Shown here piece after piece: positions 27,247 to 35,704 of a DNA stretch of 64,000 bases; within the stretch, counting starts at the first letter, position 1, and each line of letters starts with the position of its first letter. Both the position numbers and the translations under genes were made by a program. The notes under the pieces were generated by a model, which was not told where the DNA came from, ran no database searches, and worked only from the letters and a program-made list of their open reading frames with translations. Source of the stretch: an uncultured Candidatus Saccharibacteria bacterium (GTDB lineage Bacteria; Patescibacteriota; Saccharimonadia; Saccharimonadales; JAGQNJ01); NCBI GenBank assembly GCA_964577565.1, contig CAZNZL010000001.1, positions 398,566 to 462,565 on the forward strand. The letters run 5' to 3'.

Positions 27247-28401
27247 TCAGAAGCTCCCGGGCGGGGGCGGTGGCGGATTGGTGGTCGGCGGTGCCGTGGT
27301 TGGCGGAGCCGGCGGTGGCGCAACCGTGGTTGGCGGCGTCGTGGTGTTGGTCGGACCATGTCCACTGTCGCCTCGACCGGGCGGTTCGCCTGGCCTGGGT
27401 CGCGGCTGCGGTGCCGGTTCGGGCGCATCAGGAGGCCTGATGACCGTCGGCGGCGTCGGGATGACCGGACGGACTCGCTCGTCGGGGTGGTCACGATCGG
27501 AGCTCACCGGCGACTTGCGATGGTCCTTGCCACCTCGCGGCTTGTCCGGCTGGTCCGGCTTCGGCTTCTCCACGTCGGGAGGTGCCTCGTCCGTCGGACC
27601 TTCCGGCGCAACGGGAGCAGGGGTCACGGGGTTGCCGCAGCGCTTCATGACGCCATGACGACCGATCTCCTTGCCCGTCGCATCGACGAAGATGACCATC
27701 CAACCTTCGGTGTTACCCGTGGGAGGCCGACCGCTGGTGGGAGTGCCGTTGCTGACACCCGTGTTCCCCCAGCCATCCGGCATGGATGGTGCATCCTCGA
27801 TCCGCGTCGCCCTCCAAAGCACGGACCACTCCTGGTACTTCTGCATCCCCTCCTCGGAGTAGCAGACACCGTTCTTGACGACTCCTCCCTCAACGAGAGA
27901 TTCGACGTTGTCGATTGGTGACGTTTCTCCCAAGGGAGACGCGGTGTAGTACAAGAACAGACCACGCGGGTCATGCGAGTTGAAGTCCAGGATCTCCTGG
28001 CGCATCTCCTCACTGGTGGGTGCCTGCACACCGCCGGAGAGAACCCGGTTCTTCTGGTTCTCGTCCAGACGAGTGACGAAGGCGTCGCCGCACTGGGCCG
28101 GAGCCGAGGTCGACGTGCTGGTGGTGGACTCGGCCGGAGCCTCGCCGCAACCACGCAGCTGACGCAGGATGCGCCTGAGCTCACGGACTCGCTCCTTTGC
28201 CTGCTCCTCGTCGGGTGTTCCCTCCGATTCACGGACGTCGGCGCGAGCCGTGGCGAGCTCTTCCTCCGTGTTGGCGATCGCCGCGCTCAGGTCTTCGACC
28301 CGGTCGCAGTCGACCTCCGCCTGGGCGTCCGCGTCGTCGACGCAGCTGCTCAGACCCACCGCCATGAGGAGGGCGGCGAGGGTTACCAACAGTCGCTTCA
28401 T
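27247..28401 (-). CDS. GC-rich lipoprotein with a Pro-rich C-terminal tail (cassette C, gene 2)
   Basis: Lipobox signal peptide MKRLLVTLAALLMAVGLSSC and a GAGGAGG RBS. Sampled lines are 70-72% GC. The tail reads PPTTVAPPPAPPTTAPPTTNPPPPPP. No domain recognised. Confidence 0.65.
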   Translation of the reverse strand: MKRLLVTLAALLMAVGLSSCVDDADAQAEVDCDRVEDLSAAIANTEEELATARADVRESEGTPDEEQAKERVRELRRILRQLRGCGEAPAESTTSTSTSAPAQCGDAFVTRLDENQKNRVLSGGVQAPTSEEMRQEILDFNSHDPRGLFLYYTASPLGETSPIDNVESLVEGGVVKNGVCYSEEGMQKYQEWSVLWRATRIEDAPSMPDGWGNTGVSNGTPTSGRPPTGNTEGWMVIFVDATGKEIGRHGVMKRCGNPVTPAPVAPEGPTDEAPPDVEKPKPDQPDKPRGGKDHRKSPVSSDRDHPDERVRPVIPTPPTVIRPPDAPEPAPQPRPRPGEPPGRGDSGHGPTNTTTPPTTVAPPPAPPTTAPPTTNPPPPPPGSF

Positions 28402-28579
28402 GAGAATTACCTCCTCGTGGCGACTATTTGCTCAATTCGGATGGTCCGAGGCTGAGCTGGGGTACCTCCCAACTTGACGTAGAGATTGGACTCTAGAGAA
28501 TTTACTATCAGCGTTGCTAGGCGCGGCTGATTGTCGGACTGGTTACCGCCACTTTCTCAAGTGGAATGAGGCGTGAACC

Positions 28580-29089
28580 TCAAGTCGTGGGTGCAGCCAC
28601 GGTACCCGGCGGAGGTGGCGGAGCCACGTTCTGACCCGGGGGAGGTGGGGGCGGAGCCATGTGCGGATGCGGGTGCCAACCGGGCGCTTGGGGCGCTGGT
28701 TGTGCAGCCTGCAGACGCTGTCTCCAGGTGTGGGTGTTCTCGGTGTCCAGGATCGTGAGGACCCAGAGGACAACCAAGATCGCGATGCAGCCGGCGATGA
28801 TGCCGATCTGCAACCACGCGATGCCTTCCAACAACTCCATGCCCCACAACGCGGCAGCGAAGCCCAAGCCGAAGCTGAGCAACACCTTCCACGATGAGGG
28901 TCGAACGATCCCCCACACCAGCAGCGCGACTGAAACCACGCCAAGGATGAGGAGCGACACGCTCTGCCACGGATGATCGCTGACACGATCTCGAAGCTCA
29001 GGAGTGTACCACCAGTAGGTGACCAAGTACCCCGTCACCACGATGGTGACGATGAAGAACACCGACTTACGCACGATGTTGTTACCCAT
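28580..29089 (-). CDS. GC-rich 4-TM membrane protein with a Pro-rich tail (cassette C, gene 1)
   Basis: GGGAGG RBS and four hydrophobic segments. The tail reads HPHPHMAPPPPPPGQNVAPPPPPG. Confidence 0.6.
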   Translation of the reverse strand: MGNNIVRKSVFFIVTIVVTGYLVTYWWYTPELRDRVSDHPWQSVSLLILGVVSVALLVWGIVRPSSWKVLLSFGLGFAAALWGMELLEGIAWLQIGIIAGCIAILVVLWVLTILDTENTHTWRQRLQAAQPAPQAPGWHPHPHMAPPPPPPGQNVAPPPPPGTVAAPTT

Positions 29090-29846
29090 GATGACCTCCC
29101 TTCCCCAATGCGGGAAAGTAAGCAGTCCCGAGGATTTCTCGAAACAGGCTGATCTCCCACATGGTAAGGAGCAGCGCGGCAGCCATCAAGTTATTTGATC
29201 GCTCTCGCGCCACTCCTTAGCACAAATTCCACACCAGCAAACCTGCCAGCTAGCAATGCTAGCCGCACCGTTTGCTTCTTGGTTATTTTTGACTCACCTC
29301 TTCCGGTACTCCTGCAACATATTGCTATACGTCTTAGTCTGTTCCTCAGAGCTTCATCAAAACTAACTCAAGCGTGTAATGTGCGCATGGAAAGGAAGCA
29401 CATGTTGTGTTAGTGTTGAATGTTACATAGTTGCTCTGCTCAATCAGGGAGATATTGCTACCTCTACCCGAGAGCAAACCGCCTATTACTAGTATTACCC
29501 TGTTTTATACCAAATTATGACAATATATTGATATGGTTTGTTAGCTAGTATTAGATGGCTTGCCCTCAAGTACACTCCTGACAAACAGATTACTAAATAT
29601 CTGATTACACTGATGTAGTGCGGTGTAATGCGAGGAGCGAACGAGGCACGCCCAGAGACGTATAAATAATACGGCGAGGACGTACCGGAGTTCAGCGACA
29701 AAGCAGAACACCGTAAAGCAGAAATGGTGTTTCACCTATGGTGAAAACATATTTCTGCGATAGATCAGTGTAAAAATGAACTGTAATGATCTGACTTGTT
29801 AAATTGCATCCAACCTTACAAACTGGGGTCGCATGATAAAAGACGG

Positions 29847-29981
29847 CAAAAAACAACAGATAACCTCTGTTGCTTCTCATTCCACCTCTGTTAAAAGTTT
29901 AGCGTCCCGTTACGGATGTACACTCACCTCACATCTGTAATTGGATGTTTACATACTATCACATTTAGGCATAATAGTCAA
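29847..29981 (-). ncRNA. candidate ~100-nt sRNA (promoter + terminator), or alternatively the leader/5' part of a 62-aa hydrophobic ORF
   Basis: On the minus strand, TTGACT (29981-29976)-17 nt-TAGTAT (29958-29953). About 90 nt later comes CAACAGA-ggtta-TCTGTTG (29872-29854) followed by U6. Confidence 0.3.
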
Positions 29982-30040
29982 GTATATGCATAAGCTTTTT
30001 TAGCTTTGTCAACCCTCTTTGGAGTAGTGTTACTTGACAC

Positions 30041-30070
30041 TACCAACAAAGCACTCCGGTCAGGAGTGCT
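30041..30070 (-). terminator. terminator hairpin after the 105-aa gene
   Basis: AGCACTCC / GGAGTGCT 8-bp stem 24 nt after the stop, with a short T-rich tail (ttgtt). Confidence 0.45.
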
Positions 30071-30093
30071 CTGTTGGTACTGGTACGGGTTGT

Positions 30094-30411
30094 TTAAATA
30101 CTTCTTTCTAGTATTTTACGTGAGGTTTCTTTAGCCTCTGCTTTAAGCTTGTCTAGCTCTTCTACGGCTATTTGCTGATAATTTGGCACGTTATCTTTAA
30201 GCCATTGCGCTGCCTCTTGATCTTTGCCGTTTTTTACAAGCTCTTCAAAGGCTTTCAGCTTTTCTGGGCCTACTTCTTTGACCATACGCATGCCCATGCG
30301 TAATTCCAGCGCTTGATATATGCGCCCAAGCATTGCGTCTTTATCGGCGTCGCTAAATTTATCTAGCCCAAGCTCTTTCAGCAAACTGTCATCTAATTTT
30401 ATTTGTGCCAT
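30094..30411 (-). CDS. small helical hypothetical protein (105 aa)
   Basis: Track ORF with a helical, Lys/Glu-rich sequence. It resembles small conserved CPR proteins, but I cannot name the family with confidence. Confidence 0.6.
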   Translation of the reverse strand: MAQIKLDDSLLKELGLDKFSDADKDAMLGRIYQALELRMGMRMVKEVGPEKLKAFEELVKNGKDQEAAQWLKDNVPNYQQIAVEELDKLKAEAKETSRKILERSI

Positions 30412-30427
30412 AGTCTCACCCTTTCTT

Positions 30428-31489
30428 TTATACCGTTTGTGGCGCTACGTTAAGTTGACTCATAACCTGATCTACGCTGTTGCCTTGCTTGACGAGATCA
30501 AGAATTCTATCGGCATTATTGACCGTCCAGTTATTGCCAAAACCTTCGGTAGCCGAGAGCCGCCCAATAACCTGATTGTAGACACGATCTTGTTGCGGGC
30601 TAAGCTGGTCTTTAACGCTCTCCCATATTTGGTCAATACGTGATACGTCTGGGCTTTGAGGTGTGCCTGGCTCAATACTGCCAAAGAACGCATCTGCCCG
30701 CCCTGGTGCGTCAGGGCTTGATCCACGAATACCAATCATTCTGTCAATATTTGGATTGTACTCTGCCTCTGGCCGTGGGCCGCTAACCATCGTAGCGCGG
30801 TCGCCACCGCCTCCTCCAAATATAAAGTTACCTGCTAATGCTCCCAATGCTCCGGCACCGGCGGCTATCGCCATTGAGGTAAGGGCACGGCGATCATTGC
30901 CACGTTTTGTTTCACCAGTTTGGGTTCGCGCCTGACCGGTCATGCCTTCATTCACCGCCTCGGCATAGTCGTGAGCGACATAATTCTGAACAAAGTCGTC
31001 TTCTTCTGCTCTGGTTGCGCTTTCAAGCGCATCGATAATTTGCTGCGCTTCACGGTGGCGTTGTTGTGCTTTAGCCTCAGCAACACCAGCAGCTTCTGCA
31101 TTCCTGCGGACAACGTTACCAACTAAGCCTTTGCTAATTCCGCGCGCCGCCGCAAAGCCGGCACCAGCCGCCAAACCAGCGCCAACTACCGGAGCAGCTA
31201 CAATACCGGCTATACCAACAGCCGCCCCTATTGGTGCGCCAATTGCAGCCATAACCGCACCTTTTTTAACTGTGCCGAAGCTAAATAATTTTGTGCCTTG
31301 TTTGTTCCACCAATCGTAAAAACCTTTTAGTTTTTTAGTTTCCACATTCTGAACTTCAATTTGATATTGGGCTTCTATTAACTTAACGGATTCTTCCATA
31401 GCACCCCAGTGAATGGCACTCACCAGCTCTTGACCAGTAAAGCCATGTGCTCGTAGCAACTCAACGCTGATTCGGCCGGCTTCAGCCAT
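30428..31489 (-). CDS. Gly/Ala-rich membrane-associated protein; N-terminus uncertain
   Basis: Gly/Ala-rich hydrophobic segments (AIGAPIGAAVGIAGIVAAPVVGAGLAAGAGFAAA). The same frame stays open for 67 codons upstream of ATG 31489. Confidence 0.55.
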   Translation of the reverse strand: MAEAGRISVELLRAHGFTGQELVSAIHWGAMEESVKLIEAQYQIEVQNVETKKLKGFYDWWNKQGTKLFSFGTVKKGAVMAAIGAPIGAAVGIAGIVAAPVVGAGLAAGAGFAAARGISKGLVGNVVRRNAEAAGVAEAKAQQRHREAQQIIDALESATRAEEDDFVQNYVAHDYAEAVNEGMTGQARTQTGETKRGNDRRALTSMAIAAGAGALGALAGNFIFGGGGGDRATMVSGPRPEAEYNPNIDRMIGIRGSSPDAPGRADAFFGSIEPGTPQSPDVSRIDQIWESVKDQLSPQQDRVYNQVIGRLSATEGFGNNWTVNNADRILDLVKQGNSVDQVMSQLNVAPQTV

Positions 31490-31636
31490 AGCCTCTTCAT
31501 AGGTCTCAAAAGCGGCTTCTAGCTTTTTCTTACTAAACTTGCGTGAAAAGAACGTGGCACTCTCTTGGCCGGCCCGTAATCTAGCTAGCTCATCGCGGGC
31601 AACCTCTAATACTGCCAGGGCTTCTTCGAGCTCTGG

Positions 31637-31744
31637 CGAGGTAATTCTTTCTTGGTTTTCGGGTTTTTGATGGTGTTCGTGGTTTCCGGGTTAGTGGGTA
31701 TTTTGTGGGTTTTCGGGGTGCTACGGATTCTCTGGGTTTTCGGG
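31637..31744 (-). repeat. 4 x 27-nt degenerate tandem repeat (PENPENP*H / PENPQNTH* / PGNHEHHQK / PENQERITS)
   Basis: The unit starts CCC GAA AAC. Units 1 and 2 carry the in-frame stops TAG (31723-31721) and TAA (31693-31691). Confidence 0.7.
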
Positions 31745-32428
31745 GGGTACCTCAATACCACCACCTGATGACGCTTCTGGAGTTTTACCCCAAAATTCAT
31801 CGTGCGCTTCAGCATGTGCGTCCGCCTCGCTTTTGCCATCTGCTTTTATCTCATCAATGCGTTCTTTGACTGCCTTGCCAATACGCTTTCTTGGGTCTTC
31901 GGGGTTGTCCCAAAAATCCTCTGCGGCTTCATCTTCAGCTGTATCTTTATTTTGGCCAGCCTCTTCACCCTTTTTGACTCGCTTGGTAGTGGCGTCTTTG
32001 ATTTTATCGCTCACTTCTTTTGGAATTTTAATTTCACCGCTTTTATCCGTGCCCGGTGTCTCTTGGCCTGATTTATTAGATTCTTCTGGTGGATTTGTTT
32101 GTTCGCCAGATTTGCCTTTATCTTCTTTAAGATCAAAAGTCCATGGTTCATGGCCCATTGCCGCAATTGGCAAATAATCTGGGTCATTTTCATCCATGAG
32201 CTTCGGCCGCTCTTTAACCATTTTGTCCCACTCACCTTCACCGACAGGACGTAAACCGTGAGTGCTTTCTGTAGCTGCAGGTTCTGGTTTGGGCTGCTCT
32301 TCTGCTACTGTTACGGGTATTCTTTGGCCTTGTGCTTCGACAGCAGCGTCTATCGCCGCCATTTCTTCACCCATAGCGTCAGGACTAGGCACATCTTCTG
32401 GCCGTGGTTGAGGGGCTCGTTCGTTCAT
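31721..32428 (-). CDS. acidic low-complexity protein (235 aa), possibly the N-terminal half of a split gene
   Basis: Track ORF, in the same frame as 30428-31489 ((31723-31489)/3 = 78). Confidence 0.5.
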   Translation of the reverse strand: MNERAPQPRPEDVPSPDAMGEEMAAIDAAVEAQGQRIPVTVAEEQPKPEPAATESTHGLRPVGEGEWDKMVKERPKLMDENDPDYLPIAAMGHEPWTFDLKEDKGKSGEQTNPPEESNKSGQETPGTDKSGEIKIPKEVSDKIKDATTKRVKKGEEAGQNKDTAEDEAAEDFWDNPEDPRKRIGKAVKERIDEIKADGKSEADAHAEAHDEFWGKTPEASSGGGIEVPPENPENP

Positions 32429-32508
32429 AATGTCTCTTATTTATCTTAAATTATGTTTATGTTTGTAATAGTACCACACAAATGCATTTGCAAAAAAAAC
32501 TTTCTTGA

Positions 32509-34713
32509 TTACTTCTTTGAGTTTCTGGCAATACCCTTGAAGTTTTCGGGGAGGAGTTTTTTCTTTTCAAAGCTAAAGCCAAAGGTACTGCCCTTGCCCT
32601 CTTGGCTCTTAAAGATGATTGAGCCGCCTTGCGCTACCACAACTTTTTTGGCCATAAAGAGGCCCAGTCCCGTGCCATCCGGCCGCGCCTTTTTGGCGTT
32701 GTGTGCACGATAAAACTTATTAAACATATGATGCTGTTCGCTCTTTGGTACACCGATGCCGTCATCAGTAACGGCAAATTCGATTGTCTCGCCCTTGTCT
32801 TCTAGCACAACGGCAATATGGCCGCCGCTGGGTGTGTAGTAAATAGCATTATCGGCAAAGTTCATAATGACCTGGCGGATCTTGGTTTCATCAAGCATAA
32901 GGGTAGGAAAGTTCTTTGGCTTATCATAGGTAAGTTCAAGGTTGCGGCCCTTGGCAGTTTCTTTAAGTTGCGCAATTTCACCATCAATAACATTAGCAAG
33001 ATTGGTTTCTTTGGGTTCAATCACAAACTTACCAGTGCGCAAACGCGAGACATTCAACAGATCGGCAATTAAATAAACCATGCGCTGAGAGCTAGTAAAG
33101 GCCTGGTCAAGCAGCTCACTTTGTTTTTTGGTAATTTTGCCGGCATCGCCCTCCATGACCATGCTGACATAGCCTTTTATGCTCGTAAGCGGCGTGCGTA
33201 ACTGGTGTGAGGCCATACTAATGAAGTCATCTTTGGTTTGATCGAGCTCAATGAGCCGCTGGTTAGCAGCACGCAACTTACGCGTCGCATCATCCACTTT
33301 ATCTTGCAGTGTTACGTTAAAATTCTTAATCTCCTCAAACCGCAGCGAGTTTTGAATGGCGATAACCAGTTCGTCAGCGATGATTTCTAAAACCGCTAGG
33401 TCTTGCCGAGCAAACGGACTGCCGCTTTTTTTATTGCCCAGAACAATATAACCAATACCTTCAGCTTTTTGGTTTGGTGTATCAGTTAAACGCACCAAAA
33501 CCGCAATGTCGTTTTTGCGCATGAGGGTTTGAAGGTTTGCTTGCGATTCGTCAAGTTCGTCAGCCACTATGGTTTTAATGCGCATTTTAGGCGTAATAGC
33601 ACGTACCTCGGTAATATCTTCGGGGCTGAATTCTTTATGTGCTGTACCAATAATCCGTTGGGGTGATTTGCCGATTTCTTTTATGCCAAAAATACAAAAC
33701 TCAGTTTTTAGCGTTTCGTTAATAATTTTGGCGCTGTTAGAAAGCAGTTTTTCTAGCTCTATGGTAGAGACCAGTACTTTATTGAGGTTATCAAGGAGCT
33801 CTTGCGTCTCATACGCATCACGGTAAAAGATCTTGTTACTCCACCGGTCAAAAAAGCGCTTAAGTGGTTGAAACGTAAAGGCTAATACTACTGCCAATAA
33901 AGTATACACAAACTGTTGCAACGTACGACTCGAGTTAACATTGGCAAAAATAATTTCAGCCACCGAGAAAGCAAGTAGGCCGTACACAAACGCCAACACC
34001 CCCACCGACAGTAAATAACCTAGTGTTCTTGCTACAACAAGACGTATATCGAATAAGCCGTGTTTGATTACCGCAACACCAATGCTCCCAATAAAGAAGA
34101 TAATTGCAGGACCCGTCGCAAGAATAACGTATTCTGCAAAACGTGAGTTTATCAATACGAAATTTGCAATAAAACTCACAACTAACGAGGCACTGACTCC
34201 AGCGGCAATTAGATTTATTTGTGATTTTTTCTGATAAGTTTGACGAGATTTGTTCAATAGTAGCAATAGGATCCCAGCTAAGATATATGAGGTTGTTATT
34301 AATACTACGGAGGTATAGCCCCATAAAGGATCGACGACATACACTCCAAAGCGACGAAGCTCTATGTCGGTAAAAGTATACAGTGTGAGCGATAAAATCT
34401 GCGCAAAAAATATTGGAATATATAGTAAGGCATTCACGAGTCGACTGCCTTTGTCCAAGAAACTCAAACAAAAAACTACAAAATAGTAAGGCATAAACAT
34501 AGAGAATACTAAGGCGGTACGAAGGAATAATTCTGCGTAAAATTTAGAATTGGTCGTGTCTGACAAGAATAATAGAGTTTGCCATATAAATACAGATCCA
34601 ACTAGAAAAACAAAGATCTTATTGGATTTATTTTTAATACCCGACACCATCATGCCAGCGATAAGAGTAAGCGCAAGAACTAGTCCAGGCAAATATGCTA
34701 GTGTTTGGATCAT
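32509..34713 (-). CDS. sensor histidine kinase with a multi-pass N-terminal membrane domain
   Basis: About 8 TM segments, a GAF-like middle region, H-box SHQLRTPLTSIKGY, N-box NFADNAIYYT, and G-boxes DDGIGV and GTGLGLFMAKKV. Confidence 0.85.
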   Translation of the reverse strand: MIQTLAYLPGLVLALTLIAGMMVSGIKNKSNKIFVFLVGSVFIWQTLLFLSDTTNSKFYAELFLRTALVFSMFMPYYFVVFCLSFLDKGSRLVNALLYIPIFFAQILSLTLYTFTDIELRRFGVYVVDPLWGYTSVVLITTSYILAGILLLLLNKSRQTYQKKSQINLIAAGVSASLVVSFIANFVLINSRFAEYVILATGPAIIFFIGSIGVAVIKHGLFDIRLVVARTLGYLLSVGVLAFVYGLLAFSVAEIIFANVNSSRTLQQFVYTLLAVVLAFTFQPLKRFFDRWSNKIFYRDAYETQELLDNLNKVLVSTIELEKLLSNSAKIINETLKTEFCIFGIKEIGKSPQRIIGTAHKEFSPEDITEVRAITPKMRIKTIVADELDESQANLQTLMRKNDIAVLVRLTDTPNQKAEGIGYIVLGNKKSGSPFARQDLAVLEIIADELVIAIQNSLRFEEIKNFNVTLQDKVDDATRKLRAANQRLIELDQTKDDFISMASHQLRTPLTSIKGYVSMVMEGDAGKITKKQSELLDQAFTSSQRMVYLIADLLNVSRLRTGKFVIEPKETNLANVIDGEIAQLKETAKGRNLELTYDKPKNFPTLMLDETKIRQVIMNFADNAIYYTPSGGHIAVVLEDKGETIEFAVTDDGIGVPKSEQHHMFNKFYRAHNAKKARPDGTGLGLFMAKKVVVAQGGSIIFKSQEGKGSTFGFSFEKKKLLPENFKGIARNSKK

Positions 34714-34783
34714 TATTAGTATTGTAGTTTTTTTTTACTATTTCGTATAGTGAACGACTTATTTAGGGCATAATAATAACCAT

Positions 34784-35704
34784 ATGATCCCTCAATTCCC
34801 TTCATTCGCACCAATTCTTTCTGTCAATCTGGATGCGTATAAAGCATTCACTAATAGATACGAGCCATACTCGGACTTCAATTACACCAGTATAGTTAGC
34901 TGGGATACACAAGAGCAAGCTAGAATAAGTATCCTACATGATAATCTCATCCTTGAAATGAAAGATTACGATACAAGCAACGATAATATTATCTCCATCC
35001 TAGGCGCAACAAAAATCGAACAAACTATAAATCAAATCATTGATCACAAAAACATATCGAACGACGCCCCCTATGGGTTTAAGTTAATCCCTGAGTTTGT
35101 CATTAAGACGATACCACAAACAAAGGCATTTGAAATTCACCACGACATTGATAACGATGACTATATTTTATCTTGCGAAGAAGCAAATGATTTACCGGGC
35201 AAAAAATACATTAACAAACGTAAGAATCTTGCGCGTTTTTTAAGAGACTACCCTCAATGCCGAATTAGTAAGTCAAATCTCGACGACCCTCAAACATGGC
35301 AGAGAATCATAAACTTATGTGAATACTGGGCAAGCCTCGACACAGATGGATCAAAGGCAGGCGATGATGACTTGAAGGCTATTAAGAGACTGTTAGTTTT
35401 AATGCCTAAACTAAAAAATTTGAATATTCAATGCATGAGCATTTATAATAATGATAAGTTTGTTGCCTTTTGTATATACGAAATACTTAATGCCGAATGG
35501 GCAATATCTCATTTTGGAAAAAGCGACATTACAATTCGAAACTTGTATGAGTTTATGATGGTTGAAGTATTGCGTGATCTACATTCCCAAGGTATTAAGT
35601 GGCTTAACTACGAACAGGATTTGGGCATACCCGGACTTCGACAGAATAAACTAAGCTGTAAACCATCTACATTCTTAAAAAAATATATAATCCAGCAAAA
35701 CTAG
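34784..35704 (+). CDS. DUF2156-like protein (MprF C-terminal / GNAT-fold-like), tentative
   Basis: The N-terminal pattern YEPYSDFNYTSIVSWD..ILHDNLILE resembles stand-alone DUF2156 proteins. Assigned from memory only. Confidence 0.45.
   Translation: MIPQFPSFAPILSVNLDAYKAFTNRYEPYSDFNYTSIVSWDTQEQARISILHDNLILEMKDYDTSNDNIISILGATKIEQTINQIIDHKNISNDAPYGFKLIPEFVIKTIPQTKAFEIHHDIDNDDYILSCEEANDLPGKKYINKRKNLARFLRDYPQCRISKSNLDDPQTWQRIINLCEYWASLDTDGSKAGDDDLKAIKRLLVLMPKLKNLNIQCMSIYNNDKFVAFCIYEILNAEWAISHFGKSDITIRNLYEFMMVEVLRDLHSQGIKWLNYEQDLGIPGLRQNKLSCKPSTFLKKYIIQQN

Noticed and set aside
27205-28986. Many long ORFs on both strands inside cassette C, for example the Arg-rich 27205-27921 (+, 238 aa), 27645-28232 (-), 27973-28455 (+) and 28543-28986 (-).
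   Set aside because: They are stop-poor artefacts of ~70% GC DNA, with Arg/Pro/Gly-rich nonsense composition and no RBS. Only the frames with a lipobox signal peptide or TM helices plus GGAGG-type RBSs were kept.
31606-31839. 77-aa ORF in another frame across the 27-nt repeat region.
   Set aside because: Its low-complexity Lys/Thr/Pro sequence is generated by the repeat. The repeat periodicity and flanking ORFs support the PENP frame.
33956-34471. 171-aa alternative-frame ORF inside the histidine kinase gene.
   Set aside because: It is nested out of frame within a well-supported 734-aa kinase ORF, and it has no RBS or motif.
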